Shown here one piece after another: positions 48,898-58,954 of a stretch of DNA of 59,184 nucleotides. Within the stretch, counting starts at the first letter, position 1. Each line of letters opens with the position of its first letter. This stretch comes from an uncultured Ectothiorhodospiraceae bacterium (GTDB lineage Bacteria > Pseudomonadota > Gammaproteobacteria > UBA9214). The position numbers and the translations under genes are program-made. The notes beneath the pieces are model-generated. The model was not told where the DNA came from, made no database searches, and worked only from the letters and a program-made list of their open reading frames with translations. The stretch is taken from contig CAMYIX010000061.1 in the NCBI GenBank assembly GCA_947258615.1, forward strand, positions 1 to 59,184. The letters run 5' to 3'.

Positions 48898-50622
48898 ATG
48901 CAAGCTAGGTTGATCGTGCGGCGACAGTCCGCCAGCAAGGCGATTGACTGGCCGGAGAGCGTTCCGCCCCTGCTGCGGCGCGTGTATGGCGCGCGTGCCA
49001 TTGAATCGGCCGCCGAACTGGATTATGCCCTGCAGCACCTCGAACCCCCCGGGCTGCTCGGGGGGCTCGAGGCGGCCGTCGACCTGCTGGAGCAGGCCCT
49101 CCGTGAGGGCCAGCGGATCGTCGTGGTCGGTGACTTCGACGCCGACGGGGCGACCAGCACGGCGCTGTGTCTGCGCGCCCTGCGTGCCATGGGGGCCCGG
49201 GACGTGCGTTACCTGGTGCCGAACCGTTTCGAATTCGGCTACGGGCTGACCCCCGAAATCGTGGCCGTGGCCGCCGGGCTGCGCCCGCACCTGATCATGA
49301 CCGTGGATAACGGTATCTCCAGTCATGCCGGCGTCGAGGCCGCCCGGCAGCAGGGGATCCGCGTGCTGATCACCGATCACCACCTGCCGGGCAGCGTGCT
49401 GCCGCCGGCGGACGCCACCGTCAACCCGAATTCGCCGGGCGATGCATTCCCCAGCAAGAACCTGGCCGGGGTCGGGGTGGCCTTTTATGTCATGCTGGCA
49501 CTGCGCTCCCGCCTGCGCACGCGTGGCTGGTTCGGGCAACAGGGGATCCCGGAACCCAACCTCGGGCGCCTGCTGGACCTGGTGGCGCTGGGAACGGTTG
49601 CGGATGTGGTGCCCCTGGATCGCAACAACCGTATCCTGGTCCAGCACGGTATCCAGCGTATCCGCAGCGGTCAGTGTGTTCCGGGTATCCGCGCATTGCT
49701 GGCGGTGGGCCGGCGCGATGCCGCGCGCTGTGTCTCCACCGACCTTGCCTTTGCCGTCGGTCCGCGCCTCAATGCCGCCGGCCGCCTGGAGGACATGTCG
49801 CTGGGGATCGAATGCCTGTTGACCGACGACGGACACAGCGCCCGTGAAATGGCGGCCCGGCTGGACGCACTCAACCGCGATCGCAAGGAGATCGAGTCCG
49901 ACATGCAAACCCGTGCCCTGGAGGCGATCCGGGAGCTGCACCTGGAGGCTCAGGGACTGCCAACCGGCCTGTGCCTGTTCCATCCCGACTGGCACCAGGG
50001 CGTGATCGGGATCCTCGCGGCACGCATCAAGGAGCGCTTCCATCGCCCGGTGATCGCGTTTGCACGGGTCGGCAACGGTGAGTTGAAAGGCTCGGCGCGC
50101 TCGATCCCGGGATTCCATATTCGCGATGCCCTCGATGCCGTGGCCGCGCACCACCCGGAACTCATCACCCGCTTCGGCGGTCATGCCATGGCGGCCGGGC
50201 TGACGCTGGACGAGGCGCACTACCCGGACTTTGCCGCGGCCTTCGATGCCGAGGCCGCGCGCCTGCTGTCCGCTGAGGACCTGAACCACACCATCCACAG
50301 CGACGGTGAACTGCAGGGGGATGAATTCTCCCTGGAGACCGCGCAGGCCCTGCGCGAGGCCGGTCCCTGGGGACAGGGTTTTCCCGCACCGGTGTTTGAC
50401 GGCCGCTTCAGGCTGATCAGCCAGCGGGTCGTGGGCGAGCGTCACCTGAAGCTGGTGCTGCAGCCGATCGACGGGGAAGGGCAGATCGACGCCATTGCCT
50501 TCAACACCGGTGAGTTGCCGGGATCATGCCCGGAGGTCCGGGCGGCCTATCAACTCGATGTCAATGAATACCGCGGCATGTTGACCGCCCAGCTGGTGGT
50601 GGAGCACATCGAGGCCGTCTGA
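48898..50622 (+). CDS. recJ: ssDNA exonuclease RecJ
   Basis: GDFDADG, TVDNG, TDHH, GPRLNAAGR, FGGHAMAAG. Confidence 0.97.
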   Translation: MQARLIVRRQSASKAIDWPESVPPLLRRVYGARAIESAAELDYALQHLEPPGLLGGLEAAVDLLEQALREGQRIVVVGDFDADGATSTALCLRALRAMGARDVRYLVPNRFEFGYGLTPEIVAVAAGLRPHLIMTVDNGISSHAGVEAARQQGIRVLITDHHLPGSVLPPADATVNPNSPGDAFPSKNLAGVGVAFYVMLALRSRLRTRGWFGQQGIPEPNLGRLLDLVALGTVADVVPLDRNNRILVQHGIQRIRSGQCVPGIRALLAVGRRDAARCVSTDLAFAVGPRLNAAGRLEDMSLGIECLLTDDGHSAREMAARLDALNRDRKEIESDMQTRALEAIRELHLEAQGLPTGLCLFHPDWHQGVIGILAARIKERFHRPVIAFARVGNGELKGSARSIPGFHIRDALDAVAAHHPELITRFGGHAMAAGLTLDEAHYPDFAAAFDAEAARLLSAEDLNHTIHSDGELQGDEFSLETAQALREAGPWGQGFPAPVFDGRFRLISQRVVGERHLKLVLQPIDGEGQIDAIAFNTGELPGSCPEVRAAYQLDVNEYRGMLTAQLVVEHIEAV

Positions 50623-50626
50623 GGGG

Positions 50627-50673
50627 CCGGGACGGCGAGGGGCGCCCCAGCCCCCGCCGTTGCCCGGTCTTTT
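50627..50673 (+). terminator. Possible intrinsic terminator after recJ
   Basis: Imperfect GC-rich hairpin ccgggacggcg...cgccgttgcccgg followed by tctttt. Confidence 0.35.
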
Positions 50674-50813
50674 CCGGCAAGGCCGGCCGGGGCGTTAATC
50701 CCGGGGATGTCCGTATACACAACACGGCCTGGCGGCCTGGCGGGTGTAGTTTCTGCCGGCCAACAAGGGTATTATGGCGCGCTGAAAATTCTTCTCCCAT
50801 ACAGTGGCTTAAC

Positions 50814-51912
50814 ATGCTAGACCTGAATCCCGTACGAACAATGATCAAGGACCTCGACGGACGTGCCGCGGCCCTTAGGGGGTATCTTTGACCTCGAGGC
50901 CAAGAGCGAGCGTCTGACCGAGGTCGTCCGCGAACTGGAAGACCCTGCCGTCTGGAACAACCCGGAACGCGCCCAGGAGCTGGGGCGTGAGCGTGCGCGC
51001 CTGGAAGAGGTCGTGCTGACGCTGGGCAACATGGCCCAGTCCCTGGAGGATGCCGGGGAGTTGCTGGAGATCGCGGCCGAGGAGGACGACGCGGCCAGCG
51101 TGGAGGAGATCGCGGCCGATGTCACCCGGCTGGAGGCAGAGATCGCCCGGCTGGAATTCCGCCGCATGTTTTCCGGGGAGATGGACGAGTCCAGTGCCTT
51201 CCTCGATATCCAGTCCGGTTCCGGTGGCACCGAGGCCCAGGACTGGGCCGAGATGCTGTTGCGCATGTTCCTGCGCTGGGGCGAGCGCCACGGGTTCAAG
51301 ACCGAGCTGATCGAGGTGTCACCGGGTGAAGTGGCCGGTATCAAGAGTGCCACGGTCAAGTTCGAGGGCGACTATGCCTTCGGCTGGCTGCGCACCGAGA
51401 CCGGGGTTCACCGGCTGGTGAGGAAATCGCCGTTCGATTCCGGCAACCGCCGCCACACCTCGTTCGCGGCGGTGTTCGTGTCTCCGGAAATCGCGGATGA
51501 TTTCGAAATCGACATCAACCCGGCCGACCTGCGCATCGACGTCTACCGCGCCAGCGGTGCGGGCGGGCAGCACGTCAACCGCACGGAATCGGCGGTGCGC
51601 ATCACCCATGCCCCCAGCGGTATCGTGGTGCAATGCCAGAACGACCGTTCCCAGCACAAGAACAAGGCGACGGCGATGAAACAGCTCAAGTCGAAGCTCT
51701 ATGAACTGGAAATGCAGAAGCGCAGCGTGGACCAGCAGGCCGTGGAGGAAACCAAGTCGGACATCGGCTGGGGCAGCCAGATCCGCTCCTACGTGCTGGA
51801 CCAGTCCCGCATCAAGGACCTGCGGACCGGTGTCGAGGTGGGTAATACCCAGGCGGTGCTCGACGGTGACCTCGACCAGTTCATCGAGGCCAGCCTGAAA
51901 AGCGGCCTGTAG
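50814..51912 (+). CDS. prfB: Peptide chain release factor 2 (programmed +1 frameshift)
   Basis: 25 codons from ATG 50814 to CTT-TGA-C; second frame contains SPF and GGQ. Confidence 0.97.
50877..50892 (+). promoter_or_regulatory. RF2 +1 frameshift site
   Basis: AGGGGG-TAT-CTT-TGA-C canonical signal, stop at codon 26. Confidence 0.95.
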
Positions 51913-51935
51913 CATGGATTTGATCCGTGAACTTC

Positions 51936-52125
51936 AACCGCAAAGACGCAAAGCGCGCAATGAAATCATTAACAATCATTAACAATAAACTCACCGCCGA
52001 GTCGCAGAGGGCACTGAGAATAAAGACAATATATATCAGTATTATATTGGTTTCCTCTGCGTCCTCCGCGTCTCTGCGGTAATATTTTTATGTTTTCTTT
52101 GCGTACCTTGCGCCTTTGCGGTGAA
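51936..52125. repeat. Repeat cluster 3: nested inverted pairs
   Basis: Forward 51936-51962 and 51992-52018; reverse 52055-52081 and 52097-52125. Confidence 0.92.
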
Positions 52126-52163
52126 TGGGTGTTTATAAGTAGATTTGGGAAAACAGACAGACC

Positions 52164-53651
52164 ATGACAGACCAGGATGAAAATGCCCTCATAGCCCAGC
52201 GGCGCACCAAGCTGACTGCGCTGCGCAAGGCCGGCAATGCCTTCCCCAATGATTTCCGCCGCGATGCCATCGCCGGAGAGTTGCATGCCGAATACGATGA
52301 ACATGACAACGAGGCCCTCGAGGTCAGCCCGATCCGCGTCAAGGTGGCCGGGCGGCTCATGGCGAAGCGCATCATGGGCAAGGCCAGCTTTGCCCAGCTG
52401 CAGGACATGTCCGGGCGTATCCAGCTGTTCCTGCAGCGCGATTCCCTGGCCGAGGGTGTCTACAGGGATTTCAAGACCTGGGACATCGGCGATATCGTCG
52501 GGGCCGAGGGCGTGCTGTTCAAGACCAGGACCGGTGAGTTGTCGGTGCGCACCGAGACAATCCGGCTGCTGACCAAGTCACTGCGGCCCCTGCCGGAAAA
52601 GTTTCACGGCCTGGCTGACCAGGAGACCCGCTACCGCCAGCGCTACGTGGACCTCATTATGAACGAGGTCTCGCGCAACACCTTCCGGATGCGCAGCCGT
52701 ATTGTGCAGTACATTCGCCAGTACCTGAATGATCGGGACTACCTCGAGGTGGAAACCCCGATGATGCAGGCCATCCCGGGTGGCGCCACGGCGCGGCCGT
52801 TTTCCACCTACCACCATGCCCTGGACATGGACCTGTTCCTGCGCATCGCCCCCGAGCTGTACCTCAAGCGCCTGGTGGTCGGCGGCTATGAGCGGGTCTA
52901 CGAGATCAACCGGAATTTCCGCAACGAGGGCCTGTCGACGCGCCACAATCCCGAGTTCACCATGCTGGAGTTCTACCAGGCCTACGCCGATTACAATGAC
53001 CTGATGGACCTGACCGAGGACCTGCTGGTGAGCATGACAGCGGACCTGCTCGGCAGTACCACCATCGAGTGCCAGGGCGAGCAATATGATTTCGGCCAGC
53101 CGTTCCGGCGCATGACCGTGCGTGACTCCATCCTGCATTTCAATCCCGAACTCGAGGCAGCCGACATCGACGCCGCCGACAGGGCGCGCGCGCTTGCCGG
53201 GCGGCTCGACATCCCGCTGAAGGACAGCTACGGCCTGGGCAAGGTGCAGATCGAGATCTTCGAGAAGACCGTGGAGGGCCGGCTGGCCGACCCCACCTTC
53301 ATCACCGCCTATCCGACCGAGGTGTCGCCGCTGGCACGGCGCAGCGATGCGGACCCGTTCGTCACCGACCGTTTCGAGTTCTTCGTCGGCGGGCGCGAGA
53401 TTGCCAACGGTTTTTCCGAGCTCAACGATGCCGAGGACCAGGCGGAGCGTTTCCGGATGCAGGTGGAGGAAAAGGAGGCCGGCGACCTGGAGGCCATGCA
53501 CTTCGATGCCGACTACATCCGTGCCCTGGAGCACGGCATGCCGCCGACGGCGGGCGAGGGCATCGGCATCGACCGGTTGGTGATGCTGTTTACCGATTCG
53601 CCCTCGATCCGGGACGTGCTGCTGTTTCCGCACATGCGCCCGGAGGCGTAG
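52164..53651 (+). CDS. lysS: Lysyl-tRNA synthetase (class II)
   Basis: [36 protein letters not shown]. Confidence 0.98.
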   Translation: MTDQDENALIAQRRTKLTALRKAGNAFPNDFRRDAIAGELHAEYDEHDNEALEVSPIRVKVAGRLMAKRIMGKASFAQLQDMSGRIQLFLQRDSLAEGVYRDFKTWDIGDIVGAEGVLFKTRTGELSVRTETIRLLTKSLRPLPEKFHGLADQETRYRQRYVDLIMNEVSRNTFRMRSRIVQYIRQYLNDRDYLEVETPMMQAIPGGATARPFSTYHHALDMDLFLRIAPELYLKRLVVGGYERVYEINRNFRNEGLSTRHNPEFTMLEFYQAYADYNDLMDLTEDLLVSMTADLLGSTTIECQGEQYDFGQPFRRMTVRDSILHFNPELEAADIDAADRARALAGRLDIPLKDSYGLGKVQIEIFEKTVEGRLADPTFITAYPTEVSPLARRSDADPFVTDRFEFFVGGREIANGFSELNDAEDQAERFRMQVEEKEAGDLEAMHFDADYIRALEHGMPPTAGEGIGIDRLVMLFTDSPSIRDVLLFPHMRPEA

Positions 53652-53728
53652 TTTTAGGGGCCTTCCCCTGATTGAGTGGGTAACACATCAATACAGGCGA
53701 GACGCATTCCTTCTAATGGCAAGGTTGC

Positions 53729-53817
53729 TGGCCGAATGAATTCATTCCTACTGTAGGGCCGAATTCATTCGGCCAACGGTATTTCCGGCCAACGGTGTTT
53801 TCGACCAACGGTGTTTC
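53729..53817. repeat. GTAG-type REP pair (back-to-back) plus a 3 x 16-bp tandem repeat
   Basis: tggccgaatgaattcattcCTAC-t-GTAGggccgaattcattcggcca, then cgRccaacggtRtttY x3 (53770-53817). Confidence 0.8.
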
Positions 53818-53983
53818 ATCGTCATCTGTTATCCAGATGCAATCCCAATGTGGGTAATCGCCAATATTCCGAGCCAGGCCAGCTCGCTTGGGGAAGAGCC
53901 AGTCTTAGTTTCCAGATTCTCCTGGCGTCGAGCCCGTCGCTGCACAACCGGGGGATGCCGCCGGTGATGCCGCCCGCGCGGCC

Positions 53984-55546
53984 TCAGGTGCCCTGTGCGC
54001 TGTTGATGAACAGCTGGAGGCGCTGTCCGGGCTGCAGGTATTTGCCTTCCGGGAGGGTGTTCCAGGCCCTGAGGTCGGCGATGCTGACCCTGAATTTTCT
54101 CGATATCAGGAATAGCGAGTCGCCCTTGCGCACGGTATAGCTGAACGGGCGGGGCGCCGCGTCTTCCTGGTGGATGACGAGTACCTGCCCGGGCCTGAGA
54201 TAGGCATCCGGATCCAGGTCATTCCACAAGGCCAGATTGCGCACGCTGACGCCGTTACCCCGCGCAATCGTCCACAGCGTGTCGCCCTTGCTGATACGGT
54301 GGCGGATTGTATCCGCTGGGATGTCGCTATCCAGGTCCGTGTCCGGCAGGGGACGACCGACCGGTTTCCGTGCCGCCACCGGCACCAGCAGGTGGCGGCC
54401 GGCGCGGATGGTGTTGCTGCGCAGGCTGTTGCTGGCGCGCAGTACCGGTACCGTGGTGTCATAGCGGCGGGCGATGTGGCCGAGCGTATCGCCGCGCTGG
54501 ATCTCGTGACGCACCCATTTCATGCGTTCCGAGGCCGGCAGCTGCGCCAGGTTCTGCGCGAAGACGGCGATTTTTTCCTGGGGGATGGCCAGTTGGTGGG
54601 GGCCTTCCGGGTGGGTGGCCCAGCGTTGAAACCCGGGATTTAGCCGCTGCAGCTCGCCGATTTCCATGTCCGCCAGTTCGGCGGCCACCTCGAGATTGAT
54701 CTGGCCCGGTATGTCGATGACCGTGAACCGGGGGGTCGGGTCGAACGGGGCCAGCTGCACGCCGTAATCCGCCGGTGCCTCGACAATGGTGCTGATGGCC
54801 AGCAGCCTGGGCACGTAGGACGAGGTCTCGCGGGGGAGTTTGAGGGACCAGAAATCGACGGGTTTTCCGGCCTGGCGGTTTTTCCTGATGGCCTTGCGCA
54901 CTGTTTTCCCCCCGGCGTTGTACGCGGCCAGTGCCAGTAACCAGTCACCGTTGAACTCCTGGTGCAGTTTGTCCAGATGGTCCAGTGCGGCCTGGGTCGA
55001 GGCCACCACATCACGGCGGCCGTCATACCACCAGTCCTGTTTCAGGCCGTAGTGCCTCCCGGTGCGCGGGATGAATTGCCAGAGCCCGGCCGCCTGTTCC
55101 GACGAGCGGGCCTTTGGATTGAAACTGCTCTCGACAAACGGCAGCAGGGTGATCTCGGCGGGGAAGCCGCGTTTGTCGACTTCGTTGAAGATGTAGGCCA
55201 GGTAAGGTTCGCCGCGCTTGAATGATCGTTCGATGTCACGGGGGCTTTTCGCATAGCGGCGGATATGCCGTGCCACCGTTGGCCTGTGCTTGTCGGGCAG
55301 CCGGAAGCCGCTGCGGATGTGGTCCCAGGTATCCACCGGGGCCGCCTCAGCCGGCTGCAGGGCAGGTGCATCAGCGGGCGTGTCCACGGGGGCGTCCGGC
55401 AGGGCATCCCCCGGCGGCGGTTCTGCTGCGCTGTCGACAACGGGCGGTAGCGGGATTTCCGGGCGTGACCTGGTGGTGTCCAATGAGGCGCATCCCGTCA
55501 TCAGCAGGATGATGAGGCACGCCCAGGTTGAGTGGCGGATAGTCAT
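53984..55546 (-). CDS. mltD: Membrane-bound lytic murein transglycosylase D
   Basis: Lipobox MTGC, SLT domain (VESSF, GLWQF, AAYNAG), three LysM domains. Confidence 0.93.
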   Translation of the reverse strand: MTIRHSTWACLIILLMTGCASLDTTRSRPEIPLPPVVDSAAEPPPGDALPDAPVDTPADAPALQPAEAAPVDTWDHIRSGFRLPDKHRPTVARHIRRYAKSPRDIERSFKRGEPYLAYIFNEVDKRGFPAEITLLPFVESSFNPKARSSEQAAGLWQFIPRTGRHYGLKQDWWYDGRRDVVASTQAALDHLDKLHQEFNGDWLLALAAYNAGGKTVRKAIRKNRQAGKPVDFWSLKLPRETSSYVPRLLAISTIVEAPADYGVQLAPFDPTPRFTVIDIPGQINLEVAAELADMEIGELQRLNPGFQRWATHPEGPHQLAIPQEKIAVFAQNLAQLPASERMKWVRHEIQRGDTLGHIARRYDTTVPVLRASNSLRSNTIRAGRHLLVPVAARKPVGRPLPDTDLDSDIPADTIRHRISKGDTLWTIARGNGVSVRNLALWNDLDPDAYLRPGQVLVIHQEDAAPRPFSYTVRKGDSLFLISRKFRVSIADLRAWNTLPEGKYLQPGQRLQLFINSAQGT

Positions 55547-55735
55547 TGATCAAGTATGGACAATCAGGCCGGTTCTCGTAAGTGTAAGACTGTGAAGCAG
55601 TTCACTGTCAGGGCAGCATAAATTCCATTCAGGTCCGCCGTATGCTGACAGGCCACCCCGTCGAGGTCAATGTCAGCGAGGACAGCCGCTATCAGGGCGG
55701 CATCCGCTGGCCGGATGCGGTATGATTTTACGGCA

Positions 55736-56500
55736 ATGAATACGGCTCACTCAGTGTCCCAGCGGGCCTCGTCCCTGCGCCGCTGGTATCGGCGCCCCTT
55801 GGGTCGCATGCTGGCCGACGTCGAGTTCTCCGCCCTGGCGGATCAACTCCCCAATATCTTCGGTTATCACCTGTTGGTGGTCGATCCTCCCTGGGACAAC
55901 TGTACCCTGAGCGCCAGCCGGATCCCGCATCACGTGGTGCAGCACATCTGTACCGACCCGCTGACAGAGGCGGGATTGATCGGGGATACCGAGACATGGC
56001 CGGTGATGACCGATACCGTGGATGCCATTATCCTGCCCCATACCCTCGAGATAACCCCGGACCCGCACCAGGTCCTGCGTGAGGCCGACCGCAGCCTGAT
56101 ACCCGATGGCCACCTGGTGATCCTGGGCTTCAATCCCCGCAGCCTCTGGGGGGTACGCAGGGTATTATCCCGGCGTTCCCGGGAAATGCCCTGGTCGGGC
56201 CGGTTCCTGAGCATGCACCGTATCAAGGACTGGCTCAGCCTGCTGGGCTTCGACACCGTGGCGAGCGGTTTCCTGTTTCATCGCCCGCCGGTGCAGAACA
56301 CGCGCCTGCTGGAGCAACTCCAGTTCCTCGAGCCCCGCACGGCGCGCGGCCGGATGCTGCTGGCCGGATCCTACATCCTGGTCGCCCGGAAACGCACCCT
56401 GGTGATGACGGCGATCAAGGCAGGGCACGCCACCTCACGTCAGTTGTTCCCGGTCGGCATCCCGAGTTCCAGCCAGAGAAATCTGCGGCGTGCCGGCTGA
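55736..56500 (+). CDS. SAM-dependent methyltransferase-like protein (YafS type)
   Basis: [45 protein letters not shown]; lies between mltD and rnhA. Confidence 0.85.
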   Translation: MNTAHSVSQRASSLRRWYRRPLGRMLADVEFSALADQLPNIFGYHLLVVDPPWDNCTLSASRIPHHVVQHICTDPLTEAGLIGDTETWPVMTDTVDAIILPHTLEITPDPHQVLREADRSLIPDGHLVILGFNPRSLWGVRRVLSRRSREMPWSGRFLSMHRIKDWLSLLGFDTVASGFLFHRPPVQNTRLLEQLQFLEPRTARGRMLLAGSYILVARKRTLVMTAIKAGHATSRQLFPVGIPSSSQRNLRRAG

Positions 56501-56945
56501 AACGGAGATCTACACCGATGGCGCCTGCCGCGGCAACCCGGGTCCGGGTGGCTGGGGTGCGGTGCTGCGTTACAAGGGCCACGAGAAGACCCTCTACGGG
56601 GCCGAGGCAATGACCACCAACAACCGCATGGAACTCATGGCCGCGATCCGGGCACTGGAGAGCCTGACGCGCCACTGCAAGGTGCGGCTGACGACGGATT
56701 CCCAGTACGTGCAGAAGGGCATCACCGAATGGCTGCCCAACTGGAAGAAACGCGGCTGGAGGACCGCCGCCAGGAAGCCGGTGAAAAACGCCGATCTCTG
56801 GCAGCGCCTGGATGCGGCCATCGCGGGGCATGAAATCCAGTGGGAGTGGGTGCGTGGTCACAGCGGACACCCGGAGAACGAACAGGCGGATGCGCTGGCC
56901 AACCAGGCCATCGACGAGCTGCTGCTGATGACTGAACGTGAATGA
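56490..56945 (+). CDS. rnhA: Ribonuclease HI
   Basis: [36 protein letters not shown]. Confidence 0.98.
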   Translation: MPAETEIYTDGACRGNPGPGGWGAVLRYKGHEKTLYGAEAMTTNNRMELMAAIRALESLTRHCKVRLTTDSQYVQKGITEWLPNWKKRGWRTAARKPVKNADLWQRLDAAIAGHEIQWEWVRGHSGHPENEQADALANQAIDELLLMTERE

Positions 56946-56947
56946 TT

Positions 56948-57127
56948 AACCGCAAAGACGCAAAGAAGGCAAAGAAGTAAAATAACTATCACCGCAGAGA
57001 CGCCGGGGACGCGGAGAATAAAATTATTAGAAATAAACCATACCCTGATATGCCGATTGCATAGGCATGAATTTGTTTTATTCTTTGGCATTCTTTCGCT
57101 CGGCGTTCTCTGCGCCTCTGCGGTGAA
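56948..57127. repeat. Repeat cluster 4
   Basis: Forward 56948-56974 and 56990-57016; reverse 57099-57127. Confidence 0.9.
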
Positions 57128-57153
57128 TCTTTTGGATTGAATCTGGAACTACT

Positions 57154-57867
57154 ATGCGACAAATCGTGCTGGATACTGAAACCACCGGGCTGGATCCCTC
57201 CGACGGGCACCGGATTATCGAGATCGGCTGTGTCGAACTGGTGAACCGGCGCATCACCGGTAACACCTACCACCAGTACATCCAGCCTGACCGCGAAATC
57301 GATGCCGGCGCCATGGAGGTGCATGGTATCAGCAACGAGTTCCTCGACGACAAGCCCCGCTTTGCCGATATCGCGGACGAATTTATCGAGTTCATCCGCG
57401 GGGCTGAACTGGTCATCCACAATGCGCCGTTTGATGTCGGCTTCATCGACCATGAATTCGTCCTGCTGGAAAACGGCACAGGCAGGGTCACGGACCATTG
57501 CGGCGTGGTGGATACGCTGGCGATGGCGCGCCGTCAGCACCCCGGACAACGCAACAACCTGGATGCGCTTTGCCGGCGCTACGAAATCGACAATTCGCAG
57601 CGCGACCTGCACGGTGCACTGCTGGATGCCGAGATCCTGGCCGATGTCTACCTGGCCATGACCGGCGGGCAGGCCAGCCTGTCACTCGACAGTCGCAGCG
57701 ACCCGCATGGCGGGCAGGGCCAGGCCATACGGCGCCTGCCGGCAGACCGTCAGCCCCTGCGTATCATTGATGCCAGCGAGGATGAGCAGCAGGCCCACCT
57801 GGAACGACTGGATGCCATCGAGAAGGCCTGTAACGGTCCCTGTGTCTGGCGTCGTCTGGAGGAGTAG
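57154..57867 (+). CDS. dnaQ: DNA polymerase III epsilon subunit
   Basis: LDTETTG, HNAPFD, HGALLDAEILA. Confidence 0.97.
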   Translation: MRQIVLDTETTGLDPSDGHRIIEIGCVELVNRRITGNTYHQYIQPDREIDAGAMEVHGISNEFLDDKPRFADIADEFIEFIRGAELVIHNAPFDVGFIDHEFVLLENGTGRVTDHCGVVDTLAMARRQHPGQRNNLDALCRRYEIDNSQRDLHGALLDAEILADVYLAMTGGQASLSLDSRSDPHGGQGQAIRRLPADRQPLRIIDASEDEQQAHLERLDAIEKACNGPCVWRRLEE

Positions 57868-57890
57868 TTGGCCGGCGGGGCCGATAGCCG

Positions 57891-58335
57891 TCAGCCAGTT
57901 ATGGGGATCTGGAAGCTATCCGCATTGACCCACAGGTCGACCAGGATACTCGCGATATAACCCGGCAGGATCACCGGTGACCACTTGAGGTGACCGAAGA
58001 AGGATCAGGGTGACCCCGACGGTAGACCCGATCGACAGCATGCTGCCGCCCACGCCCGCCGTCAGCGTTACCAGCAGCCAGTGCCCGAGGGGCATGTCCG
58101 GGTTCATGGAGAGGAACGCGAACATCACCGGGATATTGTCCACGATCGCCGAGAGGAATCCCACCGTGACCTTGGCGTAGCTCGGGCCGATGCCGATGTG
58201 CATTGCCTGGGAAACCATCCCCAGGTAGCCGATGAAACCCATTCCGCCGACGCTCAGCACCACGCCGTAGAAGAACAGCAGCATGACCGGTGCCGTGGTG
58301 AGGTTGTCCAGGATCGGTGACAGGAAAAAGGCCAG
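57891..58335 (-). pseudogene. nhaD: NhaD Na+/H+ antiporter remnant
   Basis: LAFFLSPILDNLTT fused directly to LLFFYG..SAIVDNIPVMF..LTAGVGGS; after a frameshift near 58004, FFGHLKWSPVI..GYIASIL runs to a stop at 57891. Confidence 0.85.
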
Positions 58336-58456
58336 TCAGATCAGTGCGGCGTGCTTGGAATAATTCACCGGATACACTATTCTACTCACGATCCATTGTG
58401 ATGAACCAGTATTGTGCTGGCATTGAAAAACAACGGTAAACCCGGACACCTCCCAA

Positions 58457-58954
58457 GTGAAACATTTAATCAGTCTAGCCGCTTTTCTGTATATCCTGTG
58501 GTTCGGGCTTTCGGGGCATAGCGAGCCGCTGCTACTATCCCTGGGCATCGCCTCGGTAGTGTTTACCGTGTATCTCGCCCACCGTATGGACGTAATCGAC
58601 CACGAGAGTCACCCCATACATCATTTGACCGGTCTGCTGCGGTTCTGGCCGTATCTGATGGTGCAGGTAATCAAGTCCAACATCGATGTCATAGGGCGCA
58701 TATTCCGGCCTGGCCGGTCGATCAGCCCGCAGATGGTTGATTTACCCGTGCCACAACGCAGCGACCTCGGTCGCGTGATCTACGCGAACTCCATCACCCT
58801 GACACCCGGTACTGTCAGTGTCGACCTGGGTAAAGACACCGTGACGGTTCACGCATTATCGAAACAGGGTGCTGATGACCTTGGTCGCGGTGAAATGGCA
58901 AGTCGCGTGCCGGATGACATTGAAGACATAAGTCAGGTGGACAGGAACCAATGA
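58457..58954 (+). CDS. mnhE: Mrp/Mnh Na+/H+ antiporter subunit E
   Basis: LWFGLSG, ANSITLTPGT, VHAL. Confidence 0.9.
   Translation: MKHLISLAAFLYILWFGLSGHSEPLLLSLGIASVVFTVYLAHRMDVIDHESHPIHHLTGLLRFWPYLMVQVIKSNIDVIGRIFRPGRSISPQMVDLPVPQRSDLGRVIYANSITLTPGTVSVDLGKDTVTVHALSKQGADDLGRGEMASRVPDDIEDISQVDRNQ

Noticed and set aside
50863-51912. prfB as a truncated gene or pseudogene
   Set aside because: Explained by the canonical programmed frameshift
57916-58284. 122-aa ORF as a functional mini-antiporter
   Set aside because: It is an internal nhaD fragment ending in out-of-frame sequence
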